Shown here piece by piece: positions 10,593-20,258 of a stretch of 64,000 nucleotides of DNA. The DNA comes from a virus. The position numbers were made by a program, and so were the translations under genes. Position 1 is the stretch's first letter. The number at the start of each line of letters is the position of its first letter. A model generated the notes under the pieces. It had not been told where the DNA came from. It did no database searches and saw only the letters and a list, made by a program, of their open reading frames with translations. Location of the stretch: IMG/VR virus record IMGVR_UViG_3300028392_000041, positions 32,001-96,000 of that record, one strand, 5' to 3'.

Positions 10593-13513
10593 TATGCTTT
10601 ACTCGGTCTATAAATTGCTACCAAAGATCCATTTCCTGGAACATTATATCCAGATGGCCAAGAGTTATTAACTGTACCACCTGATGGATTATTTGCTGCT
10701 TTGTCTGCTTGGTTTCCACCAACGAATGTTAGTTTACCTCCGACATTACTGTATACAAAATTAACATGTCGATATTTCCAGAAAGCAATATCTCCTGGCT
10801 GAGCATCGGCAAGGTTTTCAATTTTTGTCGCATTCCAACGAGCAGTGTTAGTTGTAATTTCAGCAGCAGAAGCTGTCTGAACATAACGATAACCACACTG
10901 CTTCAGTGTCCAGTTTACGAATCCCATACACCAAGCAGTTTGGTCAGTTACCCACAATCCTGACTTAGGATATCCAAGGTCTGCCCAAATACGAGTAATA
11001 TTAGCATTTGATACTGCGCCACCCATGCCTGTTTCTGACCAATATCCAGATTGAGCCAACTGAAGTTGTTTCTGTAAGAAAAGATAAATGTCTCCAGTTG
11101 TGTTTGTGGCAATTAAACTCTTACCTTGTCCATCGTCTTTTGGAGTTCCTGCGTAATTTTCTTTTACGCCACCTTCTGCTGCTTCAGGATTTTTATATTT
11201 TGCAGGATTGGCAATATAATCTGCAACTAATGCGTTATTCTCTTCATCGATAGCATATTTTAATTGAATAGGAGGAGAAGGTCTAACAGGAGTTGTTAGA
11301 TAGTTGAACTGATTGCTTCTTCCTTCAGAAAAATCAAGATATGTAAGAGCAACTGTATTTGCTTCTACTGCTGGTGCGCCAGTAGCAGTTCCCGCAGCAC
11401 CTTCTTGTCCATGGAACTGTGTTCCATCAACATTAATATTTCCACCAGCACGGATATGATTATCTCCACCAGCAGTATTATAAACTGCGCCAGATGCATT
11501 AATATGCGTATCGCCAGCAGAGTCGGCATAAAATTTACCAGATGCTTTCATACTAACATCAACACCAGAAGTTACGCCAAAAGATTTTCCAGTATTTTGT
11601 GTAATATTATCTGCAGCAGTTACGCCAAATTTTGCTTCAGTTTTAAAATCAATACTACCACCTGCTTGAACTTTAAAGTTTCCACCGACAGCAAGATTTA
11701 AGTCGCCACCGACACCAATGTCAGCATTATTCTGCAAATTAACAGTGGCATAACCATCTACCTGAATATCGGCTGTTCCTTGAACAAGAATATTAACACC
11801 ATTACCAACAGTTAGGTTTGCTTTACCAGCAATAAAGATTGAACCATTACGATCTATAATCGTATATCCATCGCCGACAATCTTATTAACTTGTGTTCCA
11901 TTAGCATCTATATCAAGGAATGTTCCTTGTTTATGATATAAACTTAGTGTTTCATTTTCAGGTGTATCGTCAAGAACAAATAAATGTCCTGATTCTGTTT
12001 CTAAAACTTTTGCATATGGATACATACCACCGAACGGAGCAAGAGGTTGATCCCATGAGTCATCGCCATTCGCAGCAGGAATGGCAATAGTTCTTACTGA
12101 GTCTTTAAACTCAATCGCTGTTTCTTTAATAACACCACGAGCCAAACGATTAGTATCTGGTTCATCTAATAAATTACGAAGTGGATATTTACCCTTCGGA
12201 TCTCTGAACCCAAGGATATTTGAATCTGATCGATCTTCAAGCAATGCTGCTTGTTTAGCAGGTGGAAGATCTGCCACTTCTGCTGCTGTATAAACTCTTT
12301 GGTCATCGGCAGAAGGTTTATTTGTTGAATCAACTGCGACAACAGCACCAAGGAAATACTCATAGAACTTTTGTTTCTTTGCGTAACCAGTTCCATTAGC
12401 ATCTGCACCTGTTCGTTTTAAAGCAGCAACGAAATACCCTGGATCATTTTGATCATGTTTAACATTAATAGCATAAAATGCAGCTGTAGCCAAAGCGGAA
12501 GTAGCAGGATCGTCAACTAAAGATCCTGGATTATTTGTAAAATCAACAACAACACCCTTTGTTGCTAGATATTTTTGTAACTGTATATAAAGCGATTTAC
12601 CTGTAATCTGATTAAATCCACGACCATAATATTTACCACCATCATCTGGATCTTTGTGTCCAAGTAATTTACCATTACCTTCTGGTGAATATATTTTCTT
12701 AAAGAAGTCAAATTTTGTACCAGCCCATTTAGTATATTCCTGCGCATCAGCTTCTGTTGGAAATGTTCTTTTAAAAATTGCGGAAAGGGAACTTGCTTTT
12801 GAGTAATAAGAACCTTCTTCAACACACAACCATGATGATTCACCACCACAAATTCCAAGAATTGCACATTTAGCATACTTACTTGTTAATCCAACTTTGT
12901 CGCAAGCATCTAGCAGATACTGAATATTTTGTTTAGCAACAGTTGGGTTAGCAGTTGATCCTTTTGGTGGATCTGTTGTAATATCTTGTTTAAGAACAGT
13001 ATCCGATGGTTTATTTGGTGTCTTCTGTTCTGTTAGATTTGGAACATCGGCAGCTGTTGTTGGCTTAGAAGTTGAGGGTGGATTTGCTCGAGAATCAGAA
13101 GTTCCAACAGTAACAGGAATACCAGAAGCATTAGTGACTTCAGTTCCTGATGAGTCAACTAAAATTCCACCATCGGTAACAATCATATCGCTGTCTGATT
13201 CTTCAATCGCAATTTCCGCTGATTTACTTTGCGGAATACCACCAATCGTACCAAGCATAATAGGTTTCTGCTGGTCTTGATCTGTGAAAGTAACAAGAAC
13301 CCATGTTCCATTTACTGGACCAACAGGTGACCAACCAATACCATTCATTGAAGCAGAATTGATTGGAGACACAGGAACTGCCCAAGGCAAATCGGCAGTT
13401 GGTAGTAGTGATTTATTTTCTGTATGTAAACCAACAATACGAACTTGGCAGCGACCAATCTTTAATGGGTCATCTCTGTTCTCAACTACACCTGTATAAA
13501 ATGGCTGGTTCAT
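10592..13513 (-). CDS. Baseplate hub/spike gp5 with GH19-like lysozyme and C-terminal CHAP/NlpC-like domain
   Basis: GVVENRDDPLKIGRCQVRIVGLH OB-fold; YYGRGFNQITG (GH19); ESGH..DDTP; beta-helix repeats; TAWCMGFV...HVNFV...GGNQ. Confidence 0.88.
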   Translation of the reverse strand: MNQPFYTGVVENRDDPLKIGRCQVRIVGLHTENKSLLPTADLPWAVPVSPINSASMNGIGWSPVGPVNGTWVLVTFTDQDQQKPIMLGTIGGIPQSKSAEIAIEESDSDMIVTDGGILVDSSGTEVTNASGIPVTVGTSDSRANPPSTSKPTTAADVPNLTEQKTPNKPSDTVLKQDITTDPPKGSTANPTVAKQNIQYLLDACDKVGLTSKYAKCAILGICGGESSWLCVEEGSYYSKASSLSAIFKRTFPTEADAQEYTKWAGTKFDFFKKIYSPEGNGKLLGHKDPDDGGKYYGRGFNQITGKSLYIQLQKYLATKGVVVDFTNNPGSLVDDPATSALATAAFYAINVKHDQNDPGYFVAALKRTGADANGTGYAKKQKFYEYFLGAVVAVDSTNKPSADDQRVYTAAEVADLPPAKQAALLEDRSDSNILGFRDPKGKYPLRNLLDEPDTNRLARGVIKETAIEFKDSVRTIAIPAANGDDSWDQPLAPFGGMYPYAKVLETESGHLFVLDDTPENETLSLYHKQGTFLDIDANGTQVNKIVGDGYTIIDRNGSIFIAGKANLTVGNGVNILVQGTADIQVDGYATVNLQNNADIGVGGDLNLAVGGNFKVQAGGSIDFKTEAKFGVTAADNITQNTGKSFGVTSGVDVSMKASGKFYADSAGDTHINASGAVYNTAGGDNHIRAGGNINVDGTQFHGQEGAAGTATGAPAVEANTVALTYLDFSEGRSNQFNYLTTPVRPSPPIQLKYAIDEENNALVADYIANPAKYKNPEAAEGGVKENYAGTPKDDGQGKSLIATNTTGDIYLFLQKQLQLAQSGYWSETGMGGAVSNANITRIWADLGYPKSGLWVTDQTAWCMGFVNWTLKQCGYRYVQTASAAEITTNTARWNATKIENLADAQPGDIAFWKYRHVNFVYSNVGGKLTFVGGNQADKAANNPSGGTVNNSWPSGYNVPGNGSLVAIYRPSKA

Positions 13514-14844
13514 GATGTTTTACCTGTCTTCAAATCAAATATTAAACTGTCTTTAATTGCTTCTATGTAAGAATGATGCGCTTCTCTATCAATGTAGTGA
13601 TTAATTGCCGAGATTAAATAATTTCCACTGTACATTTTATCTTTTGTATCTTCTGGTGTATCTTCGCTAGATGTTGGTTCTGCTTTATTAATATCTAGAT
13701 AAATTTTCTGCCCAACAGTATAATCTGTTCTACCCTTTACCTTCAATGATACTTTAAATGCTTCTGCCTGTTTCATTCTGGAGATACGATCTTGAATGGC
13801 ACGGGACTGAGAAATATCACCAAATCCAGTAAACAATTGATTTTCGGTTTCTGTTACAATAATTTTCGCACCAATTCTTGCTGAAACCTCATCAGTAGTG
13901 ATTGGAAATTTATTCAATCGAGTTTCTTTACCTTCATTAAATTTGGCAAGGTAATCATAGTTGATAGTTTTGTATCTTTTAGTTGTTGAATCATGAACAA
14001 TTTGTCTTGATGCGTATGTCGCATTTCTAACTCTATCAATATAATCAAATCCAGAAGAAATATGAATTTCTAAAATCTTTTGAAATTCCTTATCTATAAC
14101 GCGAGTAGATCCACCCGATGGACTTACGATTGTTGTTGGAACACCATACTTAAACATTTGATGGGGTTCTTTGTCGTTTAAGTAATCTAAACTTACAAAA
14201 TTAAAACCTTGTCTATTTTCAAAAAACAAATAAGTTGTACTACCATTAGGATTAGTTGCTTGTTGAAGAATATAATTTATACACTTAGTTGGTGCCCAAT
14301 AATTTGAAACAAATTTTGTTTCATTTTTTGTATTTTCAAGAACTAATTGTTTATCAGATGCCAAAAAGTTTTTATCTTTTATGATTGAAGCTGCGATATC
14401 TGAAATTTTACCTTTAAATGGTCTACTCAAAGATAAATTTAAATCGGCAACTGCTTCGGCAGAAATAAAGTGAAGCTGATAAACAACACTCTTATCTGCA
14501 ACATATTCTCTATCTGTTATTTTGTAAATATAAAATCTATCTTCAATAATACCAGCACCACCCAATGATTGATCAAGGGTAGGTGTAAAGATTTTTAAAT
14601 CCACAAACTCTTGTCCAACATATGGTAAGTTGTTTACCAAATCTAAAGAATCTTTGATGATAATTGACCCAGTTGTAAAAGGACTGAATAAGTCTTCAAA
14701 TATTTGAATAGTAAGAACTTGGTTTTTAATGTCAAATGATGCCCCACTGGCAAGAGAAACGATCTCTACCTTTTCAATATTTACATCACCAGCTTGTCTT
14801 AACTCTGCAGATGATATGTCAATAATTTCTTTTTGTTCAGTCAT
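13510..14844 (-). CDS. Baseplate hub/tail protein (gp27-like)
   Basis: IFEDLFSPFTTG, YLFFENRQGFNF, SGNYLISAINH motifs; lies between gp53 and gp5. Confidence 0.6.
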   Translation of the reverse strand: MTEQKEIIDISSAELRQAGDVNIEKVEIVSLASGASFDIKNQVLTIQIFEDLFSPFTTGSIIIKDSLDLVNNLPYVGQEFVDLKIFTPTLDQSLGGAGIIEDRFYIYKITDREYVADKSVVYQLHFISAEAVADLNLSLSRPFKGKISDIAASIIKDKNFLASDKQLVLENTKNETKFVSNYWAPTKCINYILQQATNPNGSTTYLFFENRQGFNFVSLDYLNDKEPHQMFKYGVPTTIVSPSGGSTRVIDKEFQKILEIHISSGFDYIDRVRNATYASRQIVHDSTTKRYKTINYDYLAKFNEGKETRLNKFPITTDEVSARIGAKIIVTETENQLFTGFGDISQSRAIQDRISRMKQAEAFKVSLKVKGRTDYTVGQKIYLDINKAEPTSSEDTPEDTKDKMYSGNYLISAINHYIDREAHHSYIEAIKDSLIFDLKTGKTS

Positions 14845-15374
14845 TATGAGAACGATGTAGAATATTGTTTAACGATAGAATCTATAACATCTTTAGACAG
14901 TAATTTAATTCTTCGTTTTGATTCGTTTATCCTATTTTCGTAGTCGAAATTATCGACAGGACTGGCTCCTGGAAATGATGGCATTACAACATGTGTTGTG
15001 GCAATTCCTGAGTTTGTCGTAGCATCAACTGTAGCTTCATAGTGATGAGTATGGTATTCATTACCTGCGCCATATTTGTCTGTTACATATTTTCCAAGTG
15101 TATTATAATTTAATGGGAAATCGCTTCTATAATCATAGAGTCCATTAAAAATCATAATAATCCAATGGTATTTTGGTGTACCATAAACTTTTGTGGAAAT
15201 TATTTCAGGAGTTTCGTCATCTAGAATATCATAATAATCATACATGGTATAATTTTCAAGATCTTTTGTAAGAAACCTGACATTTGTTGTAATGTCTTTG
15301 ACAATTTTTAACGATGGGTTTCCTTCTTTATCTAGAAAGTCGTAGTAAATATTTGGCATTAAAGCGAAGTACAT
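14844..15374 (-). CDS. Baseplate wedge protein gp53
   Basis: MYF..MPNIYY, ETPEIISTKVYG...HWII, YENRINESKRRIKL. Confidence 0.88.
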   Translation of the reverse strand: MYFALMPNIYYDFLDKEGNPSLKIVKDITTNVRFLTKDLENYTMYDYYDILDDETPEIISTKVYGTPKYHWIIMIFNGLYDYRSDFPLNYNTLGKYVTDKYGAGNEYHTHHYEATVDATTNSGIATTHVVMPSFPGASPVDNFDYENRINESKRRIKLLSKDVIDSIVKQYSTSFS

Positions 15375-15375
15375 T

Positions 15376-16587
15376 TTAGTAGTTTTCCTCGATTTGTTTC
15401 TTAGTAAGAATAGCCAGTTCTTTAAAGGATAATGTTATATCGATTTGAGTAGGCATACCATCTTCGAACGCATTAAACATACCATTTGGCGTATAATTCA
15501 CATTCATATCTGTAAGCACACAGGATGTATGACGATGTAGATTCAAATTTTCTTTACCATTATTATAGTAGAAAATATCAAATTCAGATGGATAGATAAA
15601 CACAAAGTTATTTGAATCTTTGTATTCAGGATGCATATGAATTTTAAATTCTTTAATGATGTTTAACACATTTTTTGCTTCATTGGAATTTCTTGGAAAA
15701 AACTTATAATCTAAACTAAATGTTCTAAACTCAACTGATTTGAATAAATTTTCTTTCTTTGGGTTTGCTGCTAAACCAGACTGAGCAGAAAGAGCTGCTG
15801 CTTGTGGACCTTTAGATAATGCTAAAGATGCGACAATAGCATTGACAGTTCCAGTAGCATTTGTTAAATTGCCAGTTGTCATTGCTTTAACTAATTCAGT
15901 ACCACCTGTTGCTGCCATTTGATACGCAGCAGTATCTTCAGCAGACCAGTCCATTTGATAACGAATACTTAACTGATTTGGAACATGAAGCGCAATTGCT
16001 TTCTTTAGTCGTTTCTGTTGTTTAGTTAATTTTCCACCTGATAGTGCGCCAACAGCAGTTGCGCCAATACCACCAGCAATTAATGGACCAGCTGCACCAG
16101 CCATCGCTCCACCAACAACACTTTTAGTTGCTACACTGGCAGCTGTAAATATACGAGAACTTCTTGATACATTTTTGATTCCACCAGCCATCTTTGCTTT
16201 TTCTGCTAACGATGATGCAATTTTTCCAGGAGCAGCTACTGCTCCAGCAGCAGCACCTGCAGCGCCAAGGGCAATGGCTGATGGACCAGCTGTTCCAGCA
16301 ATCGTTTGAGCGAGGTTATAATTATTTGACGCAAGATCACCCTGCATTCTGGCAGGAACTAAAGAAGCATCAACAGTTGGTTCTTTATTGACTTTTAAAA
16401 CTCTTGAATCTTCAGCTACATTAATGTAGAAAATAACATAATTTCCACCATAAACTTGGTTATTAGAATATAAATCGCTTGGATATGAATATTGTTTAAT
16501 ATCATACTGCGATGGAGTAAATTCTGTTGGTACTCCAGCTGCTCTTGGTGGGGCACTCTTAGTTGGTGTTGCTTGGGTATCTGCCAT
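15376..16587 (-). CDS. Baseplate tail-tube cap gp48
   Basis: NPKKENLFKSVEFRTFS.DYKFFPRN..EA, CVLTDMNVNYTP, LSFKEL. Confidence 0.85.
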   Translation of the reverse strand: MADTQATPTKSAPPRAAGVPTEFTPSQYDIKQYSYPSDLYSNNQVYGGNYVIFYINVAEDSRVLKVNKEPTVDASLVPARMQGDLASNNYNLAQTIAGTAGPSAIALGAAGAAAGAVAAPGKIASSLAEKAKMAGGIKNVSRSSRIFTAASVATKSVVGGAMAGAAGPLIAGGIGATAVGALSGGKLTKQQKRLKKAIALHVPNQLSIRYQMDWSAEDTAAYQMAATGGTELVKAMTTGNLTNATGTVNAIVASLALSKGPQAAALSAQSGLAANPKKENLFKSVEFRTFSLDYKFFPRNSNEAKNVLNIIKEFKIHMHPEYKDSNNFVFIYPSEFDIFYYNNGKENLNLHRHTSCVLTDMNVNYTPNGMFNAFEDGMPTQIDITLSFKELAILTKKQIEENY

Positions 16588-16628
16588 GTTTTTCTCTAAA
16601 TAGTAGATTAGATCGTTATAGTATATTT

Positions 16629-17063
16629 ATGTTCCACAAAAGAAAGTTTACACCAACAAACCCACAAAAATACTCTGGGGATCCAACAAACATAATTATG
16701 AGATCCAGCTGGGAAACCAAGTTTGCTAACTGGTGTGATGTAAATCCAAGTATAGTTAAGTGGGTTTCAGAGGAAACTATTATCCCTTATCGTTGTGGCA
16801 CAGATAACAAAATACATCGTTATTTCGTTGACTTTAAGATCGTTGTAAAAGAGTCAACTGGTAATCTTAAAACATATCTGGTTGAAATTAAACCATACAA
16901 ACAGACAATTCCTCCTGTGTTTCCTGGACGCCAAACTCAGCGTTATCTTCAAGAATCATTCGCTTATATCAAGAACCAGTCTAAATGGTCTGCAGCGACA
17001 CAGTATGCAAAAGAGCGAGGTTGGGAGTTTATTAAACTGACGGAACATGAACTGGGACTATAA
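16629..17063 (+). CDS. Head completion nuclease gp4
   Basis: KY.GDP.NI.MRSSWE, IPY, HRYFVDF, EIKPYKQT; likely start ATG at 16629. Confidence 0.9.
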   Translation: MFHKRKFTPTNPQKYSGDPTNIIMRSSWETKFANWCDVNPSIVKWVSEETIIPYRCGTDNKIHRYFVDFKIVVKESTGNLKTYLVEIKPYKQTIPPVFPGRQTQRYLQESFAYIKNQSKWSAATQYAKERGWEFIKLTEHELGL

Positions 17064-17066
17064 ATA
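17059..17066 (+). promoter_or_regulatory. T4-type late promoter
   Basis: TATAAATA just upstream of gp2. Confidence 0.75.
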
Positions 17067-17071
17067 TACTT

Positions 17072-17668
17072 ATGGCTACTAAATCTCAAATGCAGGATAT
17101 CTTTGATAAGTATCGCTACGATCCTTCGATAGTGAAAAAGTCTAAGACTTGGTTCGAACAACAAGCACTGTTGTTGAGTAAGAAACGCATCACACCACAA
17201 ATGGTGATTAATAATGACCCAGCAAATGTAAAAAGCCCAAATGCTATTATGCCTGGAAAAATGTATATGTTTTTCTATGATCCAAAGCTGAAGGCAGAAT
17301 TACCATACTACGATAAGTTTCCACTAGTGTTCCCATTTAGAAGAATGGAAGATGGGTTTATCGGTTTAAACATGCACTACCTTCCACATAGATTAAGAAT
17401 TATGCTTATGGACAGGTTGATGATATTTGCAAACAATGACAAAATGGACGCTACAACAAAATTGCGTTACTCTTGGGCATTGATTGATGGTGTGGCTAAG
17501 TTTAATTTGGCCAAGCCATGTGTTAAAAGATATTTAACAAACCACTTAAAATCTCAGTTGGTAAATGTGCCAGCAGATGATTGGACAACAGCATTGATGC
17601 TTCCTGTAGAGAGATTTACTAAAGCATCTAAAGAATATGTCTGGTCAGAATCTAGGAAAAAGATATGA
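17072..17668 (+). CDS. DNA end protector gp2
   Basis: PGKMYMFFYDPK.K..LPYYDKFPL, GLNMHYLP. Confidence 0.9.
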   Translation: MATKSQMQDIFDKYRYDPSIVKKSKTWFEQQALLLSKKRITPQMVINNDPANVKSPNAIMPGKMYMFFYDPKLKAELPYYDKFPLVFPFRRMEDGFIGLNMHYLPHRLRIMLMDRLMIFANNDKMDATTKLRYSWALIDGVAKFNLAKPCVKRYLTNHLKSQLVNVPADDWTTALMLPVERFTKASKEYVWSESRKKI

Positions 17669-18411
17669 AGATTAGCGATTTCGTTTCGTCTATGGGTAAA
17701 GGAATGGCAAGAACAAACAGATTTTCTGTTATTTTATCTATGCCAACTGTAGTTACTGGAGACGCAACTCCTGGAAGAACAGAATTAAAAAATTTACTAC
17801 TGTTCTGCGACCAAGCCCAATTACCTGGACTTACAGTAAATGCAACACCAATTAGAATATTTGGCGAAGTAAGAGAAACACCTACAGAATATAATTACGA
17901 ACCAATTACTCTTTCTTTTTATGTTGACAGAAAAATGCACCTTAAAGCATGGTTCGATGATTGGATTAAAATGATTCAAAATGGAAGTCAAAGAACATTC
18001 AGATACTATGATGAATATATTTGCCCACAAATGCAGATTCTAGTTCAAGATACAAAAGACAGATCAACATATCAAGTAAATCTGTATGAAGTTTGGCCAA
18101 AAAGTATTGGAGCAATTCAATTAGATTATGCTTCTAAAGATATTATGAAGCTGTCTGTAACTCTACAGTATAAGTATTGGAGATATATTACAGTTGATGA
18201 CACAAGAGAAAATATTAAAGAACAGTCTGAATTAAGTAAACTTACAGGAATTCCTGAAGAATATTTCTCTAAGTTTAATTCATTCCAAAATGATTTGTCT
18301 GGAGCAATTTCTTCTAGACTTAATAGTACCGCACTGTTGGGTTGGATGAAAGGAACAGGTGGTGGTGTTAGTGCTGATCAATCATTAAGTGCTGGCGAAG
18401 AAATAGTTTAA
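17665..18411 (+). CDS. Tail tube-like protein (gp19/gp54 family)
   Basis: ARTNRF, C.QAQLPG, WPKSIGAIQLDY, LSVTLQYKYW. Confidence 0.75.
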   Translation: MKISDFVSSMGKGMARTNRFSVILSMPTVVTGDATPGRTELKNLLLFCDQAQLPGLTVNATPIRIFGEVRETPTEYNYEPITLSFYVDRKMHLKAWFDDWIKMIQNGSQRTFRYYDEYICPQMQILVQDTKDRSTYQVNLYEVWPKSIGAIQLDYASKDIMKLSVTLQYKYWRYITVDDTRENIKEQSELSKLTGIPEEYFSKFNSFQNDLSGAISSRLNSTALLGWMKGTGGGVSADQSLSAGEEIV

Positions 18412-18426
18412 TTAAGGAGTATTAAA

Positions 18427-18945
18427 ATGGCAGAAGAAAAGAAAAAAGACGAAGATTGGATGCAAAAGAAATGGCGTCCAGCCATGGGGTGGATGTACAT
18501 GGTTGTTTGTTTCTTTGATATGGTTATCTTCCCAATTCTTTGGGCATTAGTACAAACAATTCAACACCAACAATTGGTTCAGTGGAATCCTTTAACACTT
18601 CAAGGTGCTGGTTTATTCCATGTCGCCATGGGTGCTGTTTTAGGTATTGCTGCTTTTGGTCGTACTCAAGAGAAAATTGCAGGGAGCGCAACAAATGCCA
18701 CACCAAGTACTACCCCAACACCAACGCCATCCTTTGGAGCAGGCATGCCTTCAGCACCTAGCCCAACGCAATCAGCAGGATTCGGTTCAGGTTTTAATTC
18801 CCCAACTCCAACAACAGCAGGTGGTTTCGGTGGAGCAGGAGTATCAACAACAACAGTAGCAAATGGTGGTGCTGGAACAGGATTTAATTTCGGAGCAGGA
18901 TTACATCCTGATGATCCACCAACTCGTAATACTAGAAACGACTAA
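18427..18945 (+). CDS. Holin-like membrane protein (3TM/GTA holin-like)
   Basis: WRPAMGW motif, two hydrophobic helices, GRTQEK. Confidence 0.55.
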   Translation: MAEEKKKDEDWMQKKWRPAMGWMYMVVCFFDMVIFPILWALVQTIQHQQLVQWNPLTLQGAGLFHVAMGAVLGIAAFGRTQEKIAGSATNATPSTTPTPTPSFGAGMPSAPSPTQSAGFGSGFNSPTPTTAGGFGGAGVSTTTVANGGAGTGFNFGAGLHPDDPPTRNTRND

Positions 18946-18947
18946 TA

Positions 18948-19364
18948 ATGAAAATTGATGATAATTTGAGCGAAATCTTTAATATGACTCCGATTGAAAA
19001 GGTAACAGGTGAATTAATCGTTGCTGAAACTGGAGAAATTATAGAATCACAAGACCAAAAGATTGAATCTGATTATGATAAAACCAGAGCAAATCTTTTG
19101 GACTTATTGACCAAAGGTCAAGACGCATTAACAACTGCTCTTGCTGTTGCAAAACAGTCTGAACATCCAAGAGCATTTGAAGTCGTTGGGAATTTAATGA
19201 AACAGGTTGCAGATATTAATAGTCAGCTTATGGAATTACATCAACAGAAACAGAAAATTGATGAACCAAAAGGTGGCGCAAAAACTGTAAATAATAATGC
19301 TATCTTTGTAGGTAGCACAAGCGAATTGAACAAATTGATTGATAAGATGAATAAGGGGAATTGA
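18948..19364 (+). CDS. Terminase small subunit gp16-like
   Basis: DY...R.NL, SEHPRAFEV, NNAIFVGSTSEL as in T4-like cyanophage small terminases. Confidence 0.75.
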   Translation: MKIDDNLSEIFNMTPIEKVTGELIVAETGEIIESQDQKIESDYDKTRANLLDLLTKGQDALTTALAVAKQSEHPRAFEVVGNLMKQVADINSQLMELHQQKQKIDEPKGGAKTVNNNAIFVGSTSELNKLIDKMNKGN

Positions 19365-19367
19365 GTT

Positions 19368-20078
19368 ATGTCATTACCGATGATGAAGACACCATTATAT
19401 TCTGTGAAGATTCCTTCTACAGAACAAAAAGTAACATTTAGACCATTTTTGGTCAGAGAAGAAAAAGCATTGTTGCTGGCACAGCAAAGCGAGAGTGTTG
19501 AGGTTATGACCAATACACTGAAAGAAATTATTACAAACTGCGTTAGAGAAAAAATTAATATTGATTCTTTGGCAGTTTTTGATGTTGAATATTTGTTTAC
19601 ACAAATAAGAGCAAAGTCTGTGGGTGAAACTGTTGACTTAGTGTTTAATTGTCAGCACTGCGAACAAGAAAAAAATAAAGTTAAATTGTCTATTGATTTA
19701 ACAACTATTGAAATAGTTAAAGATCCTAACCATACAAATAGAATACATCTATTTGATGAGTGTGGTGTAATGATGAGATATCCAAATCTAGAAACATTCA
19801 GAAAAGCGGATGGTAAAGAAGAAGATATTAATGCTGTTATGGAGTTGGTTATTGACTGTATTGAGTCAATCTATAATGGCGATGAAGTATTTTATGCCAA
19901 AGAACAAACTAAAAAAGAATTAGAAGATTTTGTAATGAATCTTACCAAAGAACAATTCGATAAAATTGAAGAATTTTTTGTTAGTATTCCAAAGTTTAAA
20001 AAAGTAATAGAATTTGACTGCCCAGCGTGTGGCGCACATAACGAAACAGCTCTGGAGGGAACAGCCAGTTTTTTTTAA
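19368..20078 (+). CDS. Baseplate hub assembly protein gp26
   Basis: FRPFLVREEKALL, FDVEYLF..IRAKSVGE, two CxxC motifs, ends LEG.ASFF. Confidence 0.88.
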   Translation: MSLPMMKTPLYSVKIPSTEQKVTFRPFLVREEKALLLAQQSESVEVMTNTLKEIITNCVREKINIDSLAVFDVEYLFTQIRAKSVGETVDLVFNCQHCEQEKNKVKLSIDLTTIEIVKDPNHTNRIHLFDECGVMMRYPNLETFRKADGKEEDINAVMELVIDCIESIYNGDEVFYAKEQTKKELEDFVMNLTKEQFDKIEEFFVSIPKFKKVIEFDCPACGAHNETALEGTASFF

Positions 20079-20257
20079 TAAATCTCAGTCATGAGTCGTT
20101 GGCCAATTACTATAAAACCAACTTCGCTCTGATGCAATATCACAAATATTCTCTGACTGAGATTGAAGATATGATTCCTTTCGAAAGAGAGATCTATGTT
20201 GCTATGCTGGTTGAATTCTTACAAGAAGAAAAACAAAGATTAGAGAGAAACAAGTAA
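20072..20257 (+). CDS. gp51-like baseplate hub assembly domain in the -1 frame of gp26
   Basis: Read by hand: FLINLSHESLANYYKTNFALMQYHKYSLTEIEDMIPFEREIYVAMLVEFLQEEKQRLERNK*; below the ORF-track cut-off. Confidence 0.8.
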   Translation, partial: FLINLSHESLANYYKTNFALMQYHKYSLTEIEDMIPFEREIYVAMLVEFLQEEKQRLERNK

Positions 20258-20258
20258 A

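Noticed and set aside
178-13499. Plus-strand ORFs such as 3403-3945 and 5677-6093
   Set aside because: Antisense shadows of Thr/Gly-rich structural genes; no RBS or motifs
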